Positions 63,811 through 64,000 of a DNA stretch of 64,000 nt are shown here, one piece after another. Numbering within the stretch: position 1 is the first letter of the stretch; every line of letters begins with the position of its first letter. This DNA is from a virus (Duplodnaviria > Caudoviricetes). Below the pieces are notes generated by a model. It worked only from the letters and a program-made list of their open reading frames with translations. It did no database searches and was not told the DNA's origin. The translations under genes and the position numbers were made by a program. The DNA lies in the IMG/VR virus record IMGVR_UViG_3300009285_001653, positions 43-64,042 of that record. One strand, written 5' to 3'.

Positions 63811-64000
63811 CTTTTTGCGGGGTTTCGTAAAATGGGAATTATATACAGGATACCACCCACAGTACCGCGCGTAGCCCCCGCCGCTGCCCGCGAGGAGGAA
63901 CCGAGAGAATGATGCAGCGGAGAGCGATCCGTGGTGCTGACCTCAAGCCCAATACGAATCAGAACGTGGGAATGCTCAACGCAGAGAAATGCATCAAATA

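Noticed and set aside
1-64000. Stop-codon reassignment
   Set aside because: Core genes are full length in the standard code and all three stop codons are used

Overview
The window is a near-complete genome of an uncharacterised tailed dsDNA bacteriophage, probably podovirus-like: ejection-type proteins are present and no tape-measure or sheath gene is apparent. It has two convergent arms. The + strand (about 1-34.2 kb) carries early and accessory genes, nucleotide metabolism (class II RNR) and replication/recombination genes: an intein-containing DinG-like helicase, a Cas4-like nuclease, an AAA recombinase, an ERCC4 nuclease and a UDG-PolA fusion. The - strand (about 63.8-34.1 kb) carries packaging, head, ejection, tail and lysis genes. 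The most striking feature is a compact phage-encoded ubiquitin-like conjugation locus: a Ubl with a putatively cleavable tail, a Zn-finger/E2-like/E1 (ThiF) fusion and a JAB protease. A Ubl-like domain fused to an HNH nuclease and a predicted structured RNA lie just upstream. Other unusual items are a DNA methyltransferase with seven tandem TSPP(Y/F/W) cassettes, a glycosyltransferase-kinase-methyltransferase fusion inside the capsid operon, a tRNA-like element, and repeat-bounded small-gene cassettes. All assignments come from reading motifs by eye; no database searches or folding programs were run.
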